In this document: positions 25,283-37,406 of the stretch, one piece after another | Layout of the letters: each line of letters starts with the position of its first letter | How positions within the stretch are numbered: the first letter of the stretch is position 1 | DNA from: Malacoraja senta | Taxonomy: Eukaryota | Assembly (NCBI GenBank): GCA_038087875.1 | Contig: JAXLNO010005889.1 | Coordinates: 62,001 to 126,000, forward strand | Direction of reading: 5' to 3' | DNA length: 64,000 nt | Position numbers and translations under genes: made by a program | Notes under the pieces: model-generated | What the model saw: the letters and a program-made list of their open reading frames with translations, nothing else | Database searches by the model: none | What the model was told of the DNA's origin: nothing

Positions 25283-26536
25283 AAAGAGTATATTGACATG
25301 AGGGAATTGATCACCATTTTCTGGGTGGGGGTGGGTTAGACTAAACCTGTAATTTGTTAATACCAGACCTGGTTTCTTTAATCAATTTATCTGGGCCAAT
25401 AATACCATGCAGCAGGTTCCATAGCGCCCAAGAACAGATCTCAAGCTAATTGCAGGGTAGCCTTGTGGAGAGGCCATGATGTGTTTCGGTATCATATAGA
25501 CAGCGTGGTCACATCTAGGGTTAACTGTCTGATCTTTTGTCCAGAAGAAGGTAATTCCTATTTGGGGAACAACAATAGCTGTGGGCCGAACATGGAGTGT
25601 GTAGAGCTTGGAGGAACTCTCCTGCGCTCTTTGGAGTAATCAGAAGCCTACCACTCAGCCTCTCCTCAGCTGGTGTTGGACTTAGCATGGTCCACCCCGC
25701 GTTCCATGATACGTTAAACAGATGCACCATTTTAACTGAACCCACCAATTAAACAGTGGAATGCTATGGTATACACTCTTGATAGAATATTATTCTTTGG
25801 TAATATGGTACATTTTTATCACAGGGACCTGTCTTGCAGTGTGAACACATTACAGATCCCGACTGAGTTTCATTCTAATAATTTGAATGGAATGAACATT
25901 GGGCGGGAGACTGGCTTCCTCTTCCCCATTACTACCGAAGCATCAAGGTGAACATTTACCTTGACTTTCACCTTGGAAGGCTAAACGTTACCGTTTTTTT
26001 AGTGCAATGGATTAACTATTTGAATGAGATCAAACCCATGATGTATGATAAGGTGAAGGACTCCTCTTTCTGCGAAGATGAAAGGCTCTCTGTAAATGCA
26101 GAGGTCGTCGAGTTCTGGTTGGGAGAGAGATGGAAGACATTGGATGGAGCAGAAATCAAAACACAGTTTGGTCAATGCACTCCAATGGGTGTAAACAATG
26201 GCAGGAGGGCAGGTGATTGCAGGTGGGATCCTTGTTTGATCATAACTAGCATAGAATCATGGAGTCTTAAAGCATGAAAACAAGCCCTTCATCCCAACTT
26301 GCTCATGCTGAGCAAGATACCCTATCAACATTAGTCCCACCCGCCCCAGTAATGCAATCAAAACATTAAACTCTGTGTCCTTTCATGTTTGCAGTGGTGA
26401 TTCAAATGTTAACAGGCAAAAGGGATGATTTATCCTTGTAGAAAATTATGGTTCTACTTAAAGAACAAGTAAGGAGAAAATGGGTATCAGAGATAACAGA
26501 ATAAAAAGTGGACATTTTATTTTCTCCCTCTGTCAG

Positions 26537-26621
26537 GATTCCTGGTATGAATTCCGTGTAATGGCTGTCATGCAGGACCTGATCAGTGAGCCAAGCAACG
26601 TAGTCGGGGTTTCTAGCTCAG
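26537..26621 (+). CDS. IGSF9B: IGSF9B exon, C-terminal part of FN3-2
   Basis: ctctgtcAG acceptor. DSWYEFRVMAVMQDLISEPSNVVGVSSS. GTAAGC donor, phase 1. Confidence 0.95.
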
Positions 26622-26735
26622 GTAAGCCGCGCGTAAGTTTTTTTTGATGAAGCCTCCATTGTATAAAGATTGAGAGAAGTTGTTCAAATGCGTGGGCCAT
26701 TGTTGGTTCCTTTGACAAGTTCTCTGTGCTTTTAG

Positions 26736-26897
26736 ACATCTTTTCACCGCCTGAGGTGCTGGAGGAAGGCTTGGCGCGTCCAGTTGTGGCTGGGATTGTC
26801 GCCACCATTTGCTTTCTGGCAGCAGCCATTTTATTCAGCACTCTGGCTGCATGCTTTGTGAACAGGCAGAGGAAGCGGAAAAATAAGAGAAAGAGGG
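26736..26897 (+). CDS. IGSF9B: IGSF9B transmembrane exon
   Basis: ttttAG acceptor after a 114-nt intron. (D)IFSPPEVLEEGLARPVVAGIVATICFLAAAILFSTLAACFVNRQRKRKNKRKR is a hydrophobic helix plus a basic stop-transfer segment. GTAAGT donor, phase 1. Confidence 0.96.
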
Positions 26898-28365
26898 GTA
26901 AGTAGGAGCTGGCCTGTCATTTGGGAAGGGACACACTTGCCACTCGAAAGGCAGATGTCCACCCATTATCCATGGACTGAACTGCTAGCCCTTGATAGAA
27001 ACATGTTGAAATTAAAATCTTGCTTTAATATATTTACGCACTTAAAAAGCTGATCTTTGTATTTCACAGACATGTGCTTACCCATGGGAAATAAGTCAGC
27101 ATTGTTAAAGCTACTCATCCTGACAGATGCATCTCTCCCATTACTTTCCATAAGCATGGAGTGAGTGATTCATGCCCTCTGGTCATGGATGGTTCCAAAA
27201 CCCTGTGATCAGTGGCAGCCATTGGGTACCGATCAAGGAACCTGTGAGCACCAGTTATTAGTTATGGAAGCTTTGATCAATACTGAGGGGGGTTTTCAGA
27301 TTTGGATTACAGGCAATGAAGATATTCAGCATATAAAAACAATATCTCAGGTTGAACCAATTAAATCATCCAGGTTCCATTACTTCTAGTGTAAAGGGTT
27401 CCTGGATGAATTGTATGTTAATAACACAGGTCCCAGGTAGTCCAGGGTTGGTTATATTTTGATCTTACCTCTACTGTTAAGTCAATAATTGATCCAAGAT
27501 GGTGCTAGGCCAGGTTACTCCTTGCATGCTGGTCCCAGAAGGGGATCTATCATACATTGCATTCACTCCACTCTTTTAAATCTTTATTCAGCAGCAGCAT
27601 TTCACTAAATGATATAAACTTTATCCTGTATCTGTACACTATGAACAGCTTATTTGTAATAATGTATAGTTATTGGAAAGACTATATGTTATTACAAATA
27701 AGCCACTGGATAGCATGCAACAAAAAATCTTTTCGCTCTACCTCAGTACATGTGACAATAATAAACTAAGCTAAACTAATACACTGTGCATGCTAATAGA
27801 TATAGACATATGTGTCTGCACAGATATAGTGTGAATTATCTCAGATGCGGGTGAATTATCAGGGAGTTAATGAGCACATGTAAGAAAGAATAGGTTCAGA
27901 GAAATAAATAGAGGAATTGGGTCTATGGGATTACTCTGAGAGATAAAATGAAAATGTAAGGGGGAAGGTACATTGGCTTTAGGAGGAATCGGGAACTATC
28001 TAATCTATTTTTCCGCTGGGTAGGATTTCAGGAAAAGGCACAAATGCTTCAAAATTGCAGCAAAACAGAAACTGCTGGAGGAACTCAGCATCAGTGAAAG
28101 GAATATCCCAACCTAAAATATTGTCCATCTATTTCCTTCAACCAATGCTGCCTGGTCTGCTGAGTTCCACCAACAGTTTGTTCTTTGCTCAAGATTCCAA
28201 CAAATGTTGTTTCTTGTTTCTGTAAAATGACAGATGATGTGCTATTTATACATAGATATGGGTTCAAACGGGTATTCCTTAATCCAGTTTCAACGCAGAC
28301 TGAGACTGAAGTTCTTGGGTGCACCAGCATCATGGCTTAGATATTGGACAAGCATTCAGAATTAA

Positions 28366-28683
28366 GGCGGCACAGTGGCATAGTGGTAAAGCTGCTGCCT
28401 TACAGTACCAGAGCCCTGAGTTCGATCCTGACTACAAGTGCTGTCTGTACGGTGTTTGTATATTCTTCCCATGACCTGCAAGGGTTTTCTCTGGGATCTC
28501 TGGTTTCCTCCCACATTCCAAAGACGTACAGGTTTGTAGGCTAATTGGCTTTGGTAAAATAGTCAATTGTCCCTAGTGTGTAGGATAGTGTAAGTGTACG
28601 GGGATCGCTGGTCGGTGCGGACTCGGTGGGCCGAAGGGCCTGTTTCCACGCTGTATCTCTAAACTAAACTGAACTAAACTAAA
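28366..28683 (+). mobile_element. HE1-like V-SINE, full length
   Basis: Same head, V-domain and (ctaaa)n tail as 19225-19538. Confidence 0.88.
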
Positions 28684-31049
28684 ATTGACCATTGAATTGA
28701 ACCACAGTGCAGAGCTGTAATATATAAATTCAGGTAATTAAAGAAATCTGGAATGAAAAGGTGGTCTTGATCTTCGTAGCCATAGAACATCATAAAAATC
28801 CAAACTGGTTCATCAATGTACTTCACAAGAAATTTGGCATCCATTCCCAGTCTGGCCTATACATGATTCCAGGCCCAACAGTGTGGTTGTCTTTTAATTT
28901 TTTCCTCCCTTCAGGGACATTTAAAGACAAATGCCAAACGATGCATTGTCAGTGAGAGCCACATTGTAATTAAATATGTATTTTAAGAATTTCAATTGAC
29001 AAAATAAGTAAAGCCAGCCAATCGAAGCTGCACTATTGTGGCATTCTAGAAGATTGAAACTCATGAGTTAATTCCCTCATTCTCTGAGTTGCACTGTCCA
29101 GGGCTGTTGAAATCCACTGTGGGGCCAGAGTGAAGCAAAGTCCTCCCCAACGGCCCAATCCTCGGCAGATTGTGGGTCATATTGTCTGTATCCTGGTATT
29201 TCATTTCTCTGTTCAACCTTTTGGTTGCAAAGGGAGAAATAAGAGAAATAGGGTGCATGCCCCAGTCAAAGTGTAATCACCCTTACCAACACAAAATCAA
29301 AATAGTTGGTTTTCATACTTTACCTTTCTGATGTATTCAAAGAATGTTGAATTCACTGGGAGATGATGAGTGATTCATTGCAATGATAATATTTAAAATT
29401 GATTCATCCAATTTCTGTGGAGCAGTCCGTGATTTTGTTATAGTTGCAATACTTTTCACTCAGCTTGTGCCACCAGTCTGATTCATGAATGCTCATGGAT
29501 TTTACCCATCTACTGTTCATTACTTCTGGGCTGTCTCCTATAGTTTACTACATTGCCTTCTCTTCAGGACAGTATTGAAAAGTAGATATAATTGAATAGT
29601 TTACTGTCGTTTGTGAATGGTGTATGGTTGAGCGTGTGTCCATTAGAAACTGACTCCTCATCAATAAGAGGCTTAATGAATTTAAAATAAGTAGGCTGGA
29701 TTCAGACAAATCCATCAATTGCTTTGACAACAATGTTCTAAATTTACTGAGCTTCATGGCAATGGCTTTTGTTGATTTGCAGTTTTGTTTGTTTAATTTT
29801 CCAAAACAAGCAGAGATTAGTCCTACATTCTGCTGTCAGTGAATCCCCAGCTTTAGAAGAGTTGGCTCGCTGTCTCGTTCAACTGCCCCTGCCTTTTCTG
29901 GAACCGAGGAAAACACAAGACATAACCTGAGCAGACACGCCAAGAGAAGAGGAACACTAATAGCCAGCCTCAATCATAGCTACTGTGAAAGTTACTTTAT
30001 TCGTTGAAATTGACTTAACGAATTTTGAGGTTGTGGAAGTTCTGATGTAAGTTATTTTTACTTGACTCCGTGGGAAAGTGAGCCCTGACAGAAGGACAAA
30101 TGTGATATTTATCAGAGAACACCCGAAAGCTTCTGAGTCCATGCAGTAAGAACTTTACAACATCCAACATCAATAGAAGAATGAATTCAAAATCTCCCAA
30201 ACAAACCATCCTCATCGTCAAACACTCCCTTCCCAAATGTGGAAAAGTGTGCGTTTCCAACATTGGTTTCATCAATCTCTTCAGAACCCACAGAGCCAGA
30301 GTGGAAGTAAATCATCCTCAGACATGACGGGAGGAGGGGGAGAAGAAGAGTAAAAAAAGAACAATATTGTTATTATTGTTATAATTAGAGACTTGAAATC
30401 TCTGAACACTAATTAATTTCTGCTTTACTATTTCACTCTGATGACAACGTTCCCTACATAAACAGTTAGGTTGGACTTATGAGATCATATTTGCGTTCAG
30501 AATTTGCACAGTTCCAGCACTATCAAAGATCAGGCTGTATGAACAGTGACTGAATGTGTAAACAGAGAATAAATACCAGTTTACATCACAATCAATGCTC
30601 ATCCATTAAATCTTAATGTTGTAGCTATGAAAGATTTCTTAAAGAGACTAAATATCTCAGCAACTGTTTGAAAGTCCAAAGAACCTTTTTTACGTGAACA
30701 TTTTTAATAGTGAGAAGAATTGTTCATTTCTTCCAAAACGAGGCGAATGACTAAATCAAAGATAGTCACACTATTACTCTCAGTGTTTTGGTACATCAGT
30801 AATATGGATCCATTCCCCACATGTTTTATATTCCTTATTTGTTCTTGGATATAGGCAGTTCTGGCAGGGACACATTTATTAATGTTATTAACTAGTTACT
30901 CTGAGAAAGTGGTGGTGAACCCATTCCTTAAACCATTGAGCCATCTTCCATTTTTGGTGGCTTGCTAACAATATTACTTTAGGAGTTCCAGGATTTTGGA
31001 GCGGATGAAGAACAAAAAGTAATGCAGATCCAGATGAAGTTACCTTCAC

Positions 31050-31610
31050 CATGATGGTTCAATGGTTCTTTATTATCACATGTACCAAGGTTTAGTGAAA
31101 TTACTTTTTTTTCCCATACAGTTCAGTAAATTATTACCAAGTACAATCCCAGATTAGGTACAAAGTGCATAGAATTTTCCCACTGAGACCATAATCAAGC
31201 GTCGTCAGGTTTGGCACCATTTTCAAAGTCCAAGCTGCAGCTGGCTATAGAGAGCCATGGCAGCCGTCGCCATAATCTGGATCGTCATAGCCCATAGCGA
31301 ACCGTCATAGCCCAGACACCATTCAGCCTGTGAGCTCTGGGGGCGCCACCCGCAGATGACCTTGGGGGCGCGGAATGCAAGACCCCCAGTTCTTTTTACC
31401 AGCTCTTTGTTCTTGCATCCGCCATCGCCGAATCTCCCCACTCTCTTCTCTGTTTCTTTGGTCCTCGGGGATGAGCAGGTGCCAGGATCGCTGCTTCCCT
31501 CTCCAGGCGGGTTCCCGGTTTCACAACGGACGAGCCAGGCCTGCTGCTGGGGTACAGCCATGACCCGACGGTCCCTTTGGCCCTGCGACCAAAATTGGAG
31601 ATCGCAGTAA
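31050..31610 (-). mobile_element. GC-rich non-autonomous retroelement, family unassigned
   Basis: Reverse-complement tail ttcactaaaccttggtacatgtgataataaa is shared with short tails near 25060, 27740 and 44880; CpG-rich body. Confidence 0.55.
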
Positions 31611-32737
31611 CATTGCTTCACTTCTCTTTCTTGATGGTTGTGGTTGAGAGGCTGGGCACCTACTTCATGAATTGGTACATTGCATGATGTAGCTAACATG
31701 GACTTTAGATGATGCGGTTGTAGAGTGATGAGCAGACACCTTGCTCTGTCCTCGATGCCATTGATGTTCCTGTTACAGTTGCAAACCTTCAAGTAGTTCC
31801 TGACCTTTTCATTGCAAACGTGATGAGCATATAAAGGCTTTAAAGTTACAAGAAACGAACCACATCACAGATTTCCCTGCATTTACTCTGTTGCTGCTGC
31901 AAGAGTGTAGCACGGGATGCTCCATCTGGCCTTTAGGTTAGTGTTCACCCTGAGAGGTTAGTGGTACAGAGTTTGATTCTGTTATGATGTTGATGTTGAC
32001 ATTTTTGTGCAATTATATATATTGTCACTTCTCATCCCAAGCCGACATGTTGTCCAGTCATCAGGCCAGTATGAAATGCGTCATCAAGCAGGATCACCCT
32101 GATGTACAAAGGAAGGGAGTTGGATAATGATGCAGTTGATGGCAGAACGTCTGCACTGCTCTCTTGACCTCCAATAACTACATGCACTTTATTTGTGTCA
32201 GTTACGATTTCAGCCTCCAATAGACGACTCCTTTATCTTCTCATTAACTTCACATTTACACATATCATTGTTAGGGAAAAGTGCATTTCTACAAAATTGC
32301 TCTGAGTATGTCAATAACTGACTAAATTCATTGGAAAGAATTCCGTATTTCAATGGTATTGGCCCCTTCCTTGTCAACCAGTATGACTTCAGAATCTTCA
32401 ATCTGTTGTGTTGATTATAATTTAACGGGTAAATTACTGTTTACTTCAGCTGAACCTGCAGTGCTTGCCAAATGGAATATTGGATTTGATGGTCCTTTAC
32501 ACAGCATTTAGTCGATCAGGATTAGCAGGAACAGTAAAGGATTGCCAGTTATATCAGGCTCCAGCACCACTTACATGTGATGCAACAGGTCAGGCACAGC
32601 CAGCATAGTATCAGGTTTCACACGAAGAACTAACCCAGCAGGACATCTGCTCAGTAAAGGCAAGATCCAATGAACGAACGATTGCAGCACAGTTGGTTAC
32701 TGGGGAAGTCAATGGGGACCCGCATTTTTGTGGTAAA

Positions 32738-33141
32738 GATAGACACAAACTGCTGGAGTACCTCAGTAGGTCAGGCAGTATCTCTGGAGAAAGAGGATGG
32801 GTGACGTTTTGGGTTGGGACCCTTCTTCGGACCCGACCCAGTCCCGACCCGAAACATCGCCCATACCTTTTCTCCAGGTATGCTGCCTGACCCATTGAGT
32901 TATTCCAGCACTTTGTATCTATCTTTGGTATAAATCAGTATCTGCAGTTCTTTGTTCCTCCTGGTTGGGGGTCAGCAATCAGGTGAAGGACTGACATCAT
33001 AAACCCTTACACCCCAGAATTATTATGGAACATTTTGCTTGGCCAACGGCAGTAAAACAAGGGTCTTGACCCGAAACGTTACCCATTCCTTCTCTTCAGA
33101 GATGCTGCCTGTCGTGTTCCAGCATTTTGTGTCTATCTTCG
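32738..33141. repeat. Palindromic PLE-like repeat (32738-32955) plus a plus-strand copy (33059-33141)
   Basis: Inverted arms around gacccttcttcggacccgacccagtcccgacccgaaacatc; second copy gggtcttgacccgaaacgttacccattcc. Confidence 0.75.
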
Positions 33142-34931
33142 AAAAAAACAACACAGTTCTGCGTACCCGCTGTCTTTCTCAAGTGACAATCATGAAGGCA
33201 GCGTGCGATTTTTGACAGATGCCAAATGAACTAGAGGGTTTTTATCATTCCACAATACAAGCATTCTTCAATTTACGAACTCTCCTTTAACAAATTTAAT
33301 TTTCACCGTAATGAGTAGCATACCTCGTTACATGTATAAGAAAATGCTGTCCAAAAACCCCGTTAATACATTCTGCCCACTCTTTCTCCTGCCACAACAT
33401 TTTGTGGTATGAAATGTTTTCCAGGAAAGCATTCCCTTTGTAATTTGCAGAATGGCCATAGGTGGATTTTTACAATATTTACCTCCCATCTGTCCCATGG
33501 CCTCCAGTCATTGAAGATTCATTTCCAAACATCACCAATCTCTTTCTAAGTAGACTATAGGAGAAAGTGAAATGCATAGGAATTCTTTGCAATGTTATTC
33601 TGAACTTGTGCTTAAGCACTTGGTTAACATCATGAAGGTGATATCTACATTATTTTAAATGGTTCATGGTGAATCCAGGTACATAATAGAAACCATTTTC
33701 AGTGCCAGGGCAGTGAGATTCAATAAGAAAAGCATGATGCAGGAAAACAATACGAGCTGTACCTCAATTTATTTTGAAACCTTGATATCTATTTAATATG
33801 GATGATGTGTGTATTACATGCAAATAAGACTAGCTTCATAGCTCGTGATATTGAAAATAAGTTGTTTGTAACTATTCTATTTCACTCAATACACTGAGGG
33901 ATTCTGAGGTGATTAAATATTTTGTACGCCAGGTTCAAACTTTATGAATTCTGCTTACATCTTGTTACTGGCAAAACAATGTGTTTGAGTTCTCATTACA
34001 GAAAGATGTGTACTGGCATTTATTGTTCTGCACTTGAATGCCAAAATTATGTTGAGAAGAAATCAAGGTTTAATTCTCTGTTTGATGGTGACTTGTGCAT
34101 ACAGTTGAAGAATATCTGACCTGTGAAATAGAACTGTCCCACTTCAGCAACTTAAGTTGCTCTTCCAATCAGTTATTTCCTGTTGATGTGAACCCATTCA
34201 TATTTAATGGCATAATGTATTGTGAGAATCTGTGATTTGGTGTTAGCATTAATAACTCATAGACAGATTAGGTGCAAAACCTTGTATGATGTGTTTTATT
34301 ACCATCTAGAGGGACCACTTTGAACAGTGCTGGGAGATATTTTATTTTTCTGACTATGCAGTCCATCAAAATTAGGACATCCATTTGATATCAAAATAGG
34401 TGCCACTTTGCACTGTGGCAAACTCATGTGAAGAATGAGATTACCCAAACCTCTTTTACATAGAAATCCTATTGCCAGCTGACAAATCTAGTCTGAAATG
34501 TACTTAACTGCAAGAGGCATAATGAGGGTGAAGCTCATTGTGCCATAAACAAAACCTCATATATTTAACTTTCTAATTACTGGGAAAAATAAGAGAAAAA
34601 TTGCTGTGCCAAAGAAAGCAAACCTCAATGTGTTCATTTTTATATGAACCATTGTATATCATAGAGCTCTAAAATGTTATGGCACTGAAGCATCTCATCT
34701 CCTCCCTATGGAAATAAAAATCTGCAGAGGTGAACGATAAACTGCCAGCTTGTTTCTACTATCCGTCACTCTCGAGATCAACCCCCTTGTATTGTATCAC
34801 AGGAGGTTATTTTAATATGATAACTCTGATGTGCCTAGGCTGCAGCCATGCTTTTGTGTGAAAAGTATTTCTAATATTAAGTGATTTGATTCCCTTCTAG
34901 CTGTTTAATGCGCATGCTTGTTCTCCTCCAG

Positions 34932-34977
34932 ATCCTCCTCTCTCAATAACACACTGCCGAAAGAGTGTGGAATCCCC
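34932..34977 (+). CDS. IGSF9B: IGSF9B 46-nt juxtamembrane exon
   Basis: ctcctccAG acceptor. (D)PPLSITHCRKSVES(P). GTAAGT donor, phase 2. Confidence 0.93.
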
Positions 34978-35729
34978 GTAAGTAACCAGCCCCTTTTATG
35001 ATTTTGTCCGTGTTTGTGTCTGTGATAAATCCATGTGGTTGATTTGATTCATTCTCTCAGAGATGATAGCCAAACTTTGGTGTAATATCCATGTCAGACT
35101 AGCAGTAGACTTTGTTTTACAATCAATAAAAGAGACTAATAAAGTGGTTGTTCTATAGTGTCTCTGATTGTGCTGATTGTAAGTGAACTGGCAGCCTTAG
35201 TCGCATAGATCCTGCTAAATTTTAAAGCAGAATATAAATCCATATGTAATTTACAGCTTTCCTACAGGATACTGGAGGATTTGTTCTTAAATCTTTAATC
35301 AGCAGTAGCTTGAAGAATTATGTTTCCATAAACAGAGTAGTTTGCTATGTTCTATACACAACGCATCAAAATGCCATTAATTCACCACTCCATTATCGCT
35401 CTGGTATCCTATTGCTGTAAAAACACGCATCAGTTGGCAGTATTAATCAACTTATAAATTCCCTCATTATTACTTTAAATTGCATTATATTCATAATATA
35501 GTTGCATAACTGATAAAATGTTCCCCAAATGAGGGCTATCTTCATGAGATGTATTCCAACTGCCACAACTTCATAACTGATGACATTAAATTAATAGTCA
35601 AAAGGACTTGTTATTAATGAATAATGGCAGCAAAAGCAATAAAATGATGCTTTACTTCACTGGACAGTAGCAAAATTGTAAACATGAAAGTATGCAGGGT
35701 TACTGTTGCCTCTGATTTTGGTCTCTCAG

Positions 35730-37406
35730 ATCTTCCTCAGGAAAGGTGAGTCCTGAAAGCGTCAGGACACTCCGAGCTCCATCAGACTCCTCTGAAGATG
35801 CTCAAGCCATACATGCCAAGATGATGAGTCCTGGCAGGGAAAGAGAAATGTCCTTGTACAAAAAGACAAAGCGAGCAATAACCAGCAAGAAGTACAGTGT
35901 CTCCAAGCATGAGGCTGAGGCTGATGTCACTACCCCCATCGAACTAATCAGCAGAGGCCCTGATGGACGCTTCATTATGGACCACACAGGGATGGAGATA
36001 TCATTGAAGACTAGGAGGATTGAGGGCTTCCCCTTTGCAGAAGAGACGGAAACGTATCCTGAATTCCGGCAGTCCGACGAGGAAAACAATGACACATTAA
36101 CTCCTACTGCCATTATGTGCTTGAAGTCTCAGCTTTCACCTCTTTCATCCAGTCAAGACTCATACTTACAGCCACCAGCATACACCCCGTCATTCCAGAA
36201 TGCAGACGAATGCATGGGAAGCTTTGATGCCAGGCTACAGGCCACCGGTCAGACCAGGAGACTTGCTAAAGGTTACCCTCAAAGCCAGTTTTATGGCTAC
36301 CTCAGCAGTAGCTCAGCAGACCAAGATGGTCAGCCATTTTACATGCCAGATATCAGTCCCCTCAGTTCAATGATGTCTTCACCTCTATTACTTGCTGAAG
36401 GACCCTATGGTCATCCCACACTCCCTGCAGATCACAGCGATCCTGATGGACAGCATTTGGTCACTTCCAGCAGCACCCTGCCTTTGACTCACACGCCAAC
36501 CACTATGCGGTCTCCTGAACCATGGAGAAGGAAGAAATTGTCTATCAGCAGCATTGAGAGCCCTCCAGTTATGTTCTCACACCATCAAGATACACCTGAG
36601 AGTACACTGCCAAAGGCTGGTCTTCCGAGGGGTGGGCCCCCTTCCTCACTCCAGGTCTCAACACCATACCACAGTGTGCTGCATCTGGAGGCACCAAAGA
36701 GTCAGACTGGCAAAGCTTCCAGTAAATCTAAAGGATCTGCCTCTCTCTCTCAAAGACATCCACATCAACCTATGCAAGAGACCAGCCACGGGCAGCTAAA
36801 GCATACCGGCCATGGTATAAGTGCACCCACATTGCCTTACACTGAATCAGCCAGACAGGCTGTTGCCAGTGGCACAAGCACATTCAGTCTGGACACCAGG
36901 TGGTACGAACCAAGACCCAGGCCCAGACCTAGCCCTAGGCAAGGCAGAAGGACTGAGGCCAGTTTACACCAGGTGGTTCTACAGCCTTCTCGGCTCTCCC
37001 CTTTGAGTCAGAGTCCTCTGAGTTCCCATCACGCCTCCCCAGAGATCTCATCCCGCCCGCGACCACGGCCCAGTGTCATGCAGCCCTCCCGCGGCATCTT
37101 TCCTGCAGGCATCTCTGTGGAGATGTCTGAAATTACCCTTCAGCCTCCTGCTGTTGTTAGCTTATCCAGAAGGTCCTCTCCATCCTCCTCACCAGCACAA
37201 AGCAGCACTGCTGGCCAGGGCAGCAGACGAGGAAGCCCCAGTTATAGACCTCACATGGCACTGACACCTTCGACAGGCAGCTACACAGGATCCCTCTCTC
37301 CTGCAACAGGCCACAGCGAGTTTTATAGTCAGATCCCTTCCCAAAGGTGGAGAGGTGAAGACATTCCTCCTTTTGAACACCCACCTTCACACTTATCTAC
37401 TTCAGG
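35730..37406 (+). CDS. IGSF9B: IGSF9B large cytoplasmic-domain exon (Ser/Pro-rich)
   Basis: ctctcAG acceptor, phase 2. Contains ORF 35746-37410 with SSGKVSPES, TTPIELISRGPDGRF, IEGFPFAEET and LHQVVLQPSRLSPL. Donor GG|GTAGGT at 37407; unspliced read-through meets TAG at 37408-10. Confidence 0.95.
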
